Assembly: GCA_050633305.1 (NCBI GenBank)
Contig: JBOEGF010000011.1
Coordinates: 251,093-315,092, forward strand
Source: Nannocystales bacterium
GTDB taxonomy: Bacteria; Myxococcota_A; Polyangia; Nannocystales; Nannocystaceae
DNA length: 64,000 nucleotides
Direction: 5' to 3'
Shown piece after piece: positions 19,949 to 28,713 of the stretch. The notes beneath the pieces were generated by a model. It was not told the origin of the DNA and searched no databases. It saw only the letters and a program-made list of their open reading frames with translations. Numbering within the stretch: the first letter of the stretch is position 1; every line of letters starts with the position of its first letter. The position numbers and the translations under genes are program-made.

Positions 19949-20051
19949 CGCTCCCCCGGGGCTCGATCGCCAACACTGTTGACGCGAGGGGCCGCGGAGG
20001 CGGCGTAGACGCCCAAGAACTCGTTCTCAGGAACGCGGTATGATGTTTGCT
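19935..20051 (+). promoter_or_regulatory. Putative sigma54 promoter with tandem upstream activator sites
   Basis: CGGTATG-ATGT-TTGCT (20036-20051) has GG-N10-GC spacing. Repeats GACACCGAAGTTGACGC (19935-19951) and GCCAACACTGTTGACGC (19969-19985) lie upstream. Confidence 0.5.
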
Positions 20052-20066
20052 ATTACTGAGGGAGAG

Positions 20067-20483
20067 ATGAGTCGTTCGATCGCATCGCTGTTCGTTGTTT
20101 GCGTCCTCGCCGCCGCCTGCAACGATCCGGCGCCGGTCTCCGCCCACCGCAGTGCGGTCCTGATCGGGGATCGAGGCATCTCGATTCCGCTGCCGCCGCC
20201 AAGCGTGTTGCAGGCTCCTCAGCAGGAGGTCGAGGTCCACGGTGCTCTGGAGGGAGCCTTCGAAGAAGGTGCGGAAGTCCGCCTGGTCGACATCTCTGGT
20301 GGCGACGAGGCCTCGGTCTCCCCCGATGGTGTCGCGTTCACGGCGGTCCTCAACCTCGACCTGACCGATGCGTGCGTCGAGACTTGGGTGGTCGACGCAG
20401 ACGGTGTGGAGAGCGAGCGACGCTCGTACTCCACGCGGATCGAAGCCGATGATTCGATCCTTGTCGAGCCCGGCTGCGACTAG
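20067..20483 (+). CDS. Small lipoprotein, hypothetical
   Basis: GAGGGAGAG ribosome-binding site before ATG 20067. Signal MSRSIASLFVVCVLAAAC with lipobox. Acidic, beta-rich mature part. Confidence 0.8.
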   Translation: MSRSIASLFVVCVLAAACNDPAPVSAHRSAVLIGDRGISIPLPPPSVLQAPQQEVEVHGALEGAFEEGAEVRLVDISGGDEASVSPDGVAFTAVLNLDLTDACVETWVVDADGVESERRSYSTRIEADDSILVEPGCD

Positions 20484-20504
20484 AGCCCCCTCCCGCCGCA
20501 GACG

Positions 20505-20542
20505 AAAAAAAGGCGCAGGCTCCGAGGAGACTGCGCCTTTTT
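20505..20542. terminator. Bidirectional intrinsic terminator
   Basis: AAAAAAAGGCGCAG-GCTCCGAGGAGA-CTGCGCCTTTTT hairpin flanked by A and T tracts, between convergent genes. Confidence 0.9.
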
Positions 20543-20564
20543 CGAATCGCGGGCGATGCCGGGA

Positions 20565-21536
20565 TCAGTCGGTTCGCTTCGCCTTGAAGGGGAAGTAGAA
20601 CCGTGCACCGAGCTGGAACGTGACGTTGTGGAAGACGTCGCGGTCGCTGCCGTTGACTCGAGGGGGCACGTCGTCGACCGTGGCGTTGAGGCCTGAGAGG
20701 TTCACTCCGGTCACGATGTCCTGGATCTCGAAGTTGATCGCGACCCAAGGGACCCCGGCGAACAGGTTGAGACCACCACCGAAGCTACCGCCGACCTTGA
20801 TGCCCGTGTCGGCTTCCACCGGGTGGAGCAGACATTCGGGGTTCTGAGCGCCGCCCAGGGAGGCATCGTTGCAGAACCCTTCCGCGCCGACATCCTCCGA
20901 GAGGCCGTTGAGGGTCGACGTGCTCTCGTTGTCGTAGTGCTTGGTGTAGTTCACCAGGCCGAGACCGCCGAAAATATAGATGTCGTACTCGGTGAAGATC
21001 GACGAGAACAGACCGAGCTTCCCTGCGAACGGGGTGAAGACCGCGTCCGCAGATGCTTGCCACTGGGCCCGAACGAGCCCTGCGCGGAAGTCGTTCAGCA
21101 GCGGGGCAGGGTTGTCGGAGTCGCCGTTCTCACGACAAGGAGCCGCGCCCAAGCACTCCGTCTCCGGGCGCATACCGAGACTGGGGTCGGTCTCGCCGGT
21201 GGCGTATCCGGTGGGTAGACCGCCGCCGTTGACGGCCTTGAGGAGCTTGGACTCCAAAGGCACGATCCCATAGCCGAACGTGCCGCGGACGCCGATCCAG
21301 TCGGCGAAGTGGAACGTGGCTTTGGCACCGACGTACCCCATGTGGACGAACGGCTGCGAGAGCGACATGCCGACGTACGGGGTGAGCTGGAAGCGGAACT
21401 TCCGAAGCTGGATTTTCTTGCGAACGATGGGCTCACCCTCGAGCGGGCCCTTCTTCTTCGCTGCGGAAGCTTCGTTGGCGTACAGACCTGCGCCAAGGAA
21501 AACAGCCAGGAACGTTGCGATTTTGCGAGTGTTCAT
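20565..21536 (-). CDS. Myxobacterial outer-membrane beta-barrel protein (GltA/GltB-like gliding OMP)
   Basis: Signal peptide; IVRKKIQLRKFRFQLTPYVGMSLSQPF; FTPFAGKLGLF; C-terminal LGARFYFP. Confidence 0.8.
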   Translation of the reverse strand: MNTRKIATFLAVFLGAGLYANEASAAKKKGPLEGEPIVRKKIQLRKFRFQLTPYVGMSLSQPFVHMGYVGAKATFHFADWIGVRGTFGYGIVPLESKLLKAVNGGGLPTGYATGETDPSLGMRPETECLGAAPCRENGDSDNPAPLLNDFRAGLVRAQWQASADAVFTPFAGKLGLFSSIFTEYDIYIFGGLGLVNYTKHYDNESTSTLNGLSEDVGAEGFCNDASLGGAQNPECLLHPVEADTGIKVGGSFGGGLNLFAGVPWVAINFEIQDIVTGVNLSGLNATVDDVPPRVNGSDRDVFHNVTFQLGARFYFPFKAKRTD

Positions 21537-21557
21537 GTCGGTCCTCTTCGGTTCGGC

Positions 21558-22616
21558 CTACCGGGGAGTCGTGTACTCGAAGCTGGTTGGGAGGAAGAAG
21601 CTGACGCCCAGGAAGAACGTCACGTTGAACGCAAGCTGGAAGTCGGAAGCGTCCTTGGCGGCCTTGGGGTCGACCAGCGATGGGTCGTCGCCTCGTCCAC
21701 TCGACGCGAACACATCGGTCTCCGGGCCGCGGTTGATGGGCTCGAGCTTGTCTGCGTAGACCCAGCTGCGGACGCCGAAGTTGAACGAAACCCAGTCGAT
21801 CTTGGGGGTGTAGAACCGACCGACCAGGCCGAAGTGTCCACCACCGGTGACCGTACTGAAAGGCTCGTGCAGGGCTTCGAACCGCGGGATGACCTGCGTC
21901 TGCAAGGCACCACCACCGACGACCAAGCCGCCCTCCCAGTGGAGCAGGGCGCGGTTGAAGATGGCGATCTTCCCGTAGAACGGGTTGTACGTGAAGTTGA
22001 CGCTGCCCTGCCAAAGCGTACGGTTGGCGGTCAGCAGCAGGCCCTCTTGCACCTTGATGTTGTCGTACCGCGGGGTACGAGCTCCGATGAGCCCGGTTCC
22101 CGTCAGACCGATCGCCATCCGGTTGTTGAGCCAGTAGTTGAAGTCGAGCCCGATCGTGTAGTGACGAACGTACGGGTCGTTGACCGTGATCCCGAACTGA
22201 GGCATCAGCTCGAAGCGCTTCTTCTTGAGCATGCGCTGTCGCTGAACGACCGTGATGAGGCCGCGTTCGGCGTCGATCTGGTCTTCCTCGGTGCCGAGTT
22301 CGTCCGCGGTCGACTCCGGCGTAGCGCCATCGTCGACGCTTCCGTCGTCGTCATCGTCGAGATCGAGGTCTACGACTCCGGCGTCACCGCCATCGCCGGC
22401 GTCACCTTCGGGCGGGGGCTCTTCTTCGCCCTCGTCGATGATGACCAGGTCTTCTTCATCGTCCCCCGCAGGTTCAGCGTCAGCTGGCTGGGCGAGGACC
22501 TGGGTGGTCCACGAAGCGCTGCCTGCACTGAGAGGGGCTGCCAGCGCGGACGCGGGCAGCGTGATGGAAAGAAGGGGGACGAGGGCCATGGAGGCCCCGG
22601 ACAAGTTGCGACGCAT
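21558..22616 (-). CDS. Myxobacterial outer-membrane beta-barrel protein (GltB/GltA-like gliding OMP)
   Basis: GAGGTGAG ribosome-binding site before ATG 22616. Signal peptide and acidic linker, then ITVVQRQRMLKKKRFELMPQFGITVNDPY, YNPFYGKIAIF and LGVSFFLPTSFEY. Confidence 0.82.
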   Translation of the reverse strand: MRRNLSGASMALVPLLSITLPASALAAPLSAGSASWTTQVLAQPADAEPAGDDEEDLVIIDEGEEEPPPEGDAGDGGDAGVVDLDLDDDDDGSVDDGATPESTADELGTEEDQIDAERGLITVVQRQRMLKKKRFELMPQFGITVNDPYVRHYTIGLDFNYWLNNRMAIGLTGTGLIGARTPRYDNIKVQEGLLLTANRTLWQGSVNFTYNPFYGKIAIFNRALLHWEGGLVVGGGALQTQVIPRFEALHEPFSTVTGGGHFGLVGRFYTPKIDWVSFNFGVRSWVYADKLEPINRGPETDVFASSGRGDDPSLVDPKAAKDASDFQLAFNVTFFLGVSFFLPTSFEYTTPR

Positions 22617-23338
22617 GCTGCTCACCTCAACGTGTCGACTGCGGAGTGGAGATCCGCGTTGGCCCGGCGCGGACGCCGAGCTGACTGCGACGCGCAAATA
22701 CGCGTCGAGGAGGATGCCGCTGGGCCGAGAATGGGCCGGTTGGCGGTCGTAGACTTCGAGCTCGTAAGCTTCAAGGAAAGGGTCACCCAAGTAGAGGTCG
22801 TGAGGAGTTCGTGCCGCCCGGCCGGAGGAACCAGTGGGCGCTGCGGCCGCACGGTATCACCGAATGTGCCGCGTGTGGCACCCCCCATGACAGGGCATCG
22901 GAGGGGGTCACGGGCCAAGCCGCGGGCGGACGTCGGCACAACGTCGTATGCGCAGCTTCGCGCATCGCCATGCTTACTGGAAGCGGCGCGACGAGCGGTC
23001 GAGGTCCGGGGGGACGTGGGACGCGAACTCATGCTGAAATAAGCCCCGAGGTAGGACACTGGGGCAATTGGGCGGGGGGACCGTAACACAGCGCTTTTTC
23101 GGTCACAACAGGACAATTCGGGGACTTCTGGGGACAATGGAGAGTTTTCCTGAGCGGCGCTTCGAGGCGCGATCATGCGCGGCAATGTGCTGTGATTGTC
23201 GGGGCTTGCCAGCGACGCGCCCGGTGCTAAGCGGGCCGCGCGTCCGGCCCGATCGGGGCTGGGCATCGGGCGCGCTCTGTCTGGCACGTGAAACGCGGGC
23301 CGAGGTTCCGACGGATCCCATCGCTTCGGAAAAGCGCC

Positions 23339-24502
23339 CTAGGCGCCGTCTTCGTCGAAGAACACGGCATCCACGAACGCCTGTGGCTCGAAATCGCGCA
23401 AGTCCTCGATGCCCTCACCGATCCCGATATGGCGAATGGGGACCTCGAGTTCGTCACAGATCCCCAGGACAACACCGCCTTTCGCGGTCCCGTCGAGCTT
23501 GGTGACGACCAGACCGGTGAAGTCCATCGTCTCCTTGAACAGTTTCGCCTGAGCCAGGGCGTTCTGGCCGATCGTCGCGTCGAGGACCAGGAAGGTGTCG
23601 TGGACTCCTGACGCATCCGGAGCGCCGGCCCGCACGGCCTTGTCCGCAGCACGGCCGACCTTCTGCAGCTCGTCCATGAGCTCTTTGCGGGTATGTAGGC
23701 GGCCGGCGGTATCGCAGAGCACGACGTCGTATCCGCCTGCGCGGCCCTTCTCGATTCCCTCGAAGATGACGGAGCTCGGGTCGGCCTTGTCGGCGCCGTG
23801 GTGGAGGTCGCAGCCGACCCGGTCCGCCCAGACGCCGAGCTGTTCGACCGCCGCGGCCCGGAAGGTGTCCGCGGCGACGAGCAGGACCTTGCGTCCCTCA
23901 GCAGCATGTCGCGCTGCCAGCTTCCCCAGGGTGGTGGTCTTGCCGACCCCGTTGACGCCGATCATCAGCAAGACGTACGGAGCAGGCTGTGGCGTGAAGT
24001 CTTGGGCAGGGGCCTCGACATCGACGATCTCCAGGGCGGCTCCGCGAATCACCCCCCAGACGGCATCTGCGTCCGCAACATCTTCACGGTCCAAGACGTC
24101 GCTGACGCGGTCCATCAGCTTCTGAGCGGTGGCCGTCCCGATGTCCGAGGTGAACAGGACCTCTTCGACGTCGTCGCGCAGGGCGTCGTCGACGGTGGGC
24201 TTGCCGCGGAAGAGCGTCGCGAGCTTGGCAACGAATCCACCCCGGGTCTTGGCCAGACCCTCTCGATATCGCTGGGCGAGCTTGTCCCGATCTCCGGGGG
24301 CCTTGGGACGGGCGACCGGTTCGGGGAGAGCTTGGGGCGCGCCGTCCTCGGAGGTGTCTTCAGCCTCCTCGTCCGAACCCGGGGTCGGGGGCAGCGAGAG
24401 GTCGACGGTGCCCGACAGCGCGGGGTCGCGCCGGCGGTAGATGACGAACCCTGCGGCGGTGGCGACGGCCACGAGCAGGGCGATGAGCAGCAAGGGATCC
24501 AT
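23339..24502 (-). CDS. ftsY: Signal recognition particle receptor FtsY with N-terminal TM helix
   Basis: GVNGVGKTTT, DTFRAAA, DTAGRLH, TKLDGTAKGG and IGIGEGIEDL. Confidence 0.97.
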   Translation of the reverse strand: MDPLLLIALLVAVATAAGFVIYRRRDPALSGTVDLSLPPTPGSDEEAEDTSEDGAPQALPEPVARPKAPGDRDKLAQRYREGLAKTRGGFVAKLATLFRGKPTVDDALRDDVEEVLFTSDIGTATAQKLMDRVSDVLDREDVADADAVWGVIRGAALEIVDVEAPAQDFTPQPAPYVLLMIGVNGVGKTTTLGKLAARHAAEGRKVLLVAADTFRAAAVEQLGVWADRVGCDLHHGADKADPSSVIFEGIEKGRAGGYDVVLCDTAGRLHTRKELMDELQKVGRAADKAVRAGAPDASGVHDTFLVLDATIGQNALAQAKLFKETMDFTGLVVTKLDGTAKGGVVLGICDELEVPIRHIGIGEGIEDLRDFEPQAFVDAVFFDEDGA

Positions 24503-24555
24503 GGCGCGGCGTTGGGCGAAGCTTCGCCGCGTCGCAACGGGCTCGCAAGGGTTGG

Positions 24556-24707
24556 GATCGCACGGTGAGATCTGCGATCAGATCCCTCCGCCCCCCGGAA
24601 TTCGATCTCAGCGCGTTGCTTCTCAGCCGCTGGCCGATCTCCGGATCTCACCGCAGAGGCGATCTGCGTGGCGATCTCGCGAGATCCCGGGGATCGCGGC
24701 CGAGATC
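24556..24707. promoter_or_regulatory. GATC-dense divergent promoter region between ftsY and smc (12 GATC sites)
   Basis: GATC at 24556, 24569, 24576, 24581, 24604, 24636, 24644, 24661, 24673, 24683, 24692 and 24704. Confidence 0.6.
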
Positions 24708-24773
24708 CCGGCTCGGTCCGTCCGTCTTCCCCTCCTGACCCGCGGGGTGCTAACCCCTTGAACCGCTGCTGCC

Positions 24774-27700
24774 ATGCGTTTGAAGAAGGTCGAAGTTCAG
24801 GGCTTCAAGTCGTTCGCCGACCGCCAGGTGATCCTCGTCGACGATCACGTCACCGGCGTCATCGGGCCCAACGGCTGCGGCAAATCCAACATCGTGGATG
24901 CGGTCCGCTGGGCGATGGGTGAGCAGAGTGCCAAGCACCTGCGCGGCACCGGGATGTCGGACGTGATCTTCGCCGGGTGCAGCACGCGTGGGCCGGGCGG
25001 GATGGCGGAGGTCACCCTCACGTTCGAGAACAACGGCGACGAGCACCTGTCGCACTTCGACGTCCGGGACATCGCGATCACCCGGCGATTGTTCGCCGAC
25101 GGCACAAGCGAATACCTCATCAACAAGGTCCCCGCTCGCTTGCGTGACATCACGGAGCTGTTGATGGGAACGGGTGCGGGCACCAAGGGGTACTCGATCA
25201 TCGCCCAGGGCCAGGTCGGTCGGATCGTCAACTCCAAGCCCGAAGAGCGTCGCCACATCATCGACGAGGCCGCGGGTATCACGCGGTTCAAGGCCCAGAA
25301 GGCGGCGGCACAGCGGAAGATGGATGCGACGCGCCAGAACCTGCTGCGGACCTCGGACGTCATTGCGGAGCTCGAGGCTCGGCTGGGGACACTCCGTCGC
25401 CAGGCCCAGAAAGCCGAACGCTACAAGCGGTACAAGACCGAGCTACGGGACCTCGATCTTTGCTCCGCCGCCCACAAGTACCTCGAACTCGGCAGCACCG
25501 GGGCGGTTCTCGAAGGTCGGCGCGGCAACCTCGAGGTCGAGACGGGCGACATCCGTGAAGCTCTCGAGGCCCGCGAGTCCCAGATGGAGGGCATGCGCAA
25601 GGACCTCGTCGGGGTCGAAGGGCAGCTCTCCGAGCACCAGCAGGCCTCGTACGATCTGGACAACCGCGTGCGTCTACTCGAGGCCGAGAACGAGTACCGC
25701 CAGCGGGAACGCGAGGGACTGGTTCGTAGCGGCACCGAGGCTCAGGCCGAGTTGGAGGCCGCGACACGGACGCTCGAGGGCCTCGACGGCGAACTCGATC
25801 AGACCCAGGGCGAGCGAACCGCGCTTCGATCCGGAGAGGACAGCGAGCCCGCACAGGACTCCGTCGACCGGCTGGAGGTGGAGGCTCGAGACGCGGAGCA
25901 GGTGCTGGCCGAGACCCGTGGCCGCATCGAGTCCGCCAAGGTGCAGGCAGGCGAGCGCCGATCTGCCCTGGCGGGAGCGCAGGCACGGCACCAGTCGCAC
26001 GTCGAAGCCAAAGACGCGGCCACCGGACGGTTGACCGAGCTTCAGGCCGCGGCAGAGAGCCAGCGCGAGGCCGAGACGGGTGCGACCGAACTCCACGCTC
26101 GCGCCGTGTCTGCCGCCGATGCTGCAGCCGAGCTTCTGGAGTCCCTCGCGACGCGGCGGGGTGAACTCGATCGGGCCCGGATCAGCTTGCGCGAGCAAGT
26201 CGCGTCGGCGGAGGTCGAACTGGATACGAAGCGGGCCGAGGTCCATCGCCACCGCTCTCGCTTGCAGTCGCTCGAGGAAATTCAGAACCGCTACCGCGGA
26301 TGCGACAGCGGGGTTCAGTTGGTGATGGAGCACCGGGCTGAACTCGCGCCCGAACTCCATGCGGATGGCAGCGTTGGCGCGGCGGATGCCCCCGGCGCGT
26401 CGCAGGCGGTGTATGGAATCTTCGCGGACTACGTCCACGCTCCCGAGCACCTCGAGACCGCGGTCAGTGCCGTGCTCGGTGATCGGCTCGAGGGCGTCGT
26501 CGTCGATGGCCCTCAAATCGGCGCCCGAGGGGTCGAACTCCTCAAGCGCGAGCAGGAAGGCCGCACGACCTTCGTCCCGAAACACGGGCGGTCGGCTGCG
26601 GATCTTGCCCCGGATGATACCGGGACCATCGTCGACCTGCAGCCCGGGGTTCCCTTGGGATGGCACCGTCCTGACGAGAGCGCGGTGATCAACGGTCCGA
26701 CCGGCGAGAGCCCGTTCGAGGTCCTCGACCTTTCGGACGAGAAGTCCGAGCCCGAGGAGGCGCGCGCTACCGTTCCGCTGCCGCTGACGGAACAACCGGG
26801 CGTGCTGGGTCGGCTCTCCGATCTGGTCGAGGTCAGCGGTGAGCTGGGCCCCTTGGGCGGGACCCTGCTCGGAGACACGGTGGTGGTCGAGAACCTCGAG
26901 CGCGCACTGGCGCTGTGGGAGGCTGGGCTGACCGGCAAGACCACCCTGGTGACGCTCGAAGGCGATCGGGTCGAGCCCACCGGCGTCGTCGTGGGCGGGT
27001 CCCCCACCGCGCTCAACGCAGCCCTGCTCCAGCAGAAGCGGGAGATTCGCGAACTCCAAGAGATTCTCGCGTCCCTCGATGAGAGCTTCGAGTCTGCCCG
27101 CGGCCGCCACCTCGCGCTCGCCCAAGAGCTGGCCGCCGTGGAAGGGGAGCGGGAACAATCCGAAACCCACGTCCTCGAGGCTGAGACCGCCCGCGTGCAA
27201 GCCGAGGCCGAGCGTACCCAGCTCGCGACGGAGCTTCGGCGGCTGGGAGAGGAAGTCGAAGCCAAGACGACCCAGGCCGATGCGCTGCGCCGTGAGATCG
27301 ACCAGCGCTCGCTGGAGATCGAGCAGCTCTCGGAGTCCATCCGGTCCGGGCAGATGCGCGTGGTCGAGTTGGAGGCCGAGGCCACGACCAGCGAGGCGTC
27401 CCTGGACAACCTTACGCAGGAGCGTGACCGACTCGCGGCAGCGCTGACCGAGGCGAAGGTCTCGCTCGCCAAATGGCAGCAACAGAGCGATGCTCTCGAT
27501 GCGACCGTGGAGCGGCTGACCCGGCAAGGGGACGCCGAGCGTCAGCGCATCACCCGACTCGAAGAGACCTCCAGCGCGTCCGCCCGTCGGGTCGCCGAGC
27601 TCGACGCCGCGAGCGAGTCTGCGAACACCGAGCGCGCGGAGTTGCTCGACAAGCGCACCGCCGCCGCGGAAACCATGCATCTCACCCGCGAGCGGTTCGA

Positions 27701-28577
27701 GGGGTTACGGGCTCGCATCGACGAACTCTCGACGTCGATGAAGACCCTCCGTGGTGATTTGGATGAGCGGCGAACCAAGGTCGCCGAGGTCGAACTCGGC
27801 CTGCAGGAGATCAACCTCGAGCGTCAGCACCTCCTGACCGACGTCCGGGACCGCTTCGACCTCCTGCTTCCCGAAATCCTCGTCGACTACCACGACCGCC
27901 CGCTGGCGGGCCGGACGGAGCGGGAGCGGCAGAAGGAACTCAAGCGCATCCTGTCTCGGATGGGCGAGGTCAACCTGACCGCGATCGACGAGTTCGAGGA
28001 GGTCTCGAGCCGCTTCGAGTACCTGACGCATCAGCGCGACGACTTGGAGCTCGCGATCAATCAGCTCCAGGAGGCGATCGACAAGATCAACCGGACCACG
28101 CGCGAGCTGTTCAAGACGACCTTCGATGCGGTCAACGAACGGTTCACACAGCTGTTCCCTCGTTTGTTCGGGGGCGGCAGTGCACACCTCAAGATGACCG
28201 ACCCCTCCGATCTGCTCGGCACAGGCGTGGAGATCGAGGCGCGACCCCCGGGCAAGCAGCCACGGACGTTGGCCCTGCTCTCGGGTGGGGAGCAGGCTCT
28301 AACCGCGGTCAGTCTGGTGTTCGCGATCTTCCTGATCAAGCCCAGCCCGTTCTGCATCCTCGACGAGGTCGACGCGCCTCTGGACGATGCCAACGTCGGG
28401 CGGTTCATCAGCCTGGTCCGAGAACTCGCCCAGACGACGCAGTTCATCTTCATCACCCACAACAAGGTGTCGATGGAGGGAGCCGACCGGTTGTACGGCG
28501 TGACGATGGAACAGCGCGGGGTCTCCAAGCTGGTCTCGGTCAACCTCCGCAAGGCCGTCGAGTTGGCCTACAACTAG
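24774..28577 (+). CDS. smc: Chromosome segregation protein SMC
   Basis: GFKSF, Walker A GPNGCGKS, coiled coils, hinge motif GDRVEPTGVVVGG, signature LSGGE and Walker B ILDEVDAPLD. Confidence 0.97.
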   Translation: MRLKKVEVQGFKSFADRQVILVDDHVTGVIGPNGCGKSNIVDAVRWAMGEQSAKHLRGTGMSDVIFAGCSTRGPGGMAEVTLTFENNGDEHLSHFDVRDIAITRRLFADGTSEYLINKVPARLRDITELLMGTGAGTKGYSIIAQGQVGRIVNSKPEERRHIIDEAAGITRFKAQKAAAQRKMDATRQNLLRTSDVIAELEARLGTLRRQAQKAERYKRYKTELRDLDLCSAAHKYLELGSTGAVLEGRRGNLEVETGDIREALEARESQMEGMRKDLVGVEGQLSEHQQASYDLDNRVRLLEAENEYRQREREGLVRSGTEAQAELEAATRTLEGLDGELDQTQGERTALRSGEDSEPAQDSVDRLEVEARDAEQVLAETRGRIESAKVQAGERRSALAGAQARHQSHVEAKDAATGRLTELQAAAESQREAETGATELHARAVSAADAAAELLESLATRRGELDRARISLREQVASAEVELDTKRAEVHRHRSRLQSLEEIQNRYRGCDSGVQLVMEHRAELAPELHADGSVGAADAPGASQAVYGIFADYVHAPEHLETAVSAVLGDRLEGVVVDGPQIGARGVELLKREQEGRTTFVPKHGRSAADLAPDDTGTIVDLQPGVPLGWHRPDESAVINGPTGESPFEVLDLSDEKSEPEEARATVPLPLTEQPGVLGRLSDLVEVSGELGPLGGTLLGDTVVVENLERALALWEAGLTGKTTLVTLEGDRVEPTGVVVGGSPTALNAALLQQKREIRELQEILASLDESFESARGRHLALAQELAAVEGEREQSETHVLEAETARVQAEAERTQLATELRRLGEEVEAKTTQADALRREIDQRSLEIEQLSESIRSGQMRVVELEAEATTSEASLDNLTQERDRLAAALTEAKVSLAKWQQQSDALDATVERLTRQGDAERQRITRLEETSSASARRVAELDAASESANTERAELLDKRTAAAETMHLTRERFEGLRARIDELSTSMKTLRGDLDERRTKVAEVELGLQEINLERQHLLTDVRDRFDLLLPEILVDYHDRPLAGRTERERQKELKRILSRMGEVNLTAIDEFEEVSSRFEYLTHQRDDLELAINQLQEAIDKINRTTRELFKTTFDAVNERFTQLFPRLFGGGSAHLKMTDPSDLLGTGVEIEARPPGKQPRTLALLSGGEQALTAVSLVFAIFLIKPSPFCILDEVDAPLDDANVGRFISLVRELAQTTQFIFITHNKVSMEGADRLYGVTMEQRGVSKLVSVNLRKAVELAYN

Positions 28578-28713
28578 AGCGCCAACCAGCAGAATCCGGC
28601 CTGCAACGCACGCCTCTGGTCACTTCTGGCTGCGTTGCTCGGCGCTCGAGGGACCTCCAGTCCACCGTCGGTCTCCCGCCTTGCAAAGCGCCCAGAGGCG
28701 CGACGGACCTCGT

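Noticed and set aside
23280..23295. parS-like TCTGGCACGTGAAACG (12/16 to TGTTTCACGTGAAACA), which also reads as a TGGCACG-N4-ACGC sigma54-like element
   Set aside because: Only one half-site is intact and it is not palindromic. As a promoter it would point antisense into ftsY. Likely chance.
24503..24773. Possible oriC suggested by the GATC cluster
   Set aside because: No DnaA boxes (TTATCCACA-like), no AT-rich unwinding element, and no dnaA/dnaN/gidA nearby.
24774..28577. SMC as part of a Wadjet/MksBEF defence system
   Set aside because: Canonical Smc sequence next to ftsY, with canonical scpA/scpB elsewhere in the window and no JetD-like nuclease.
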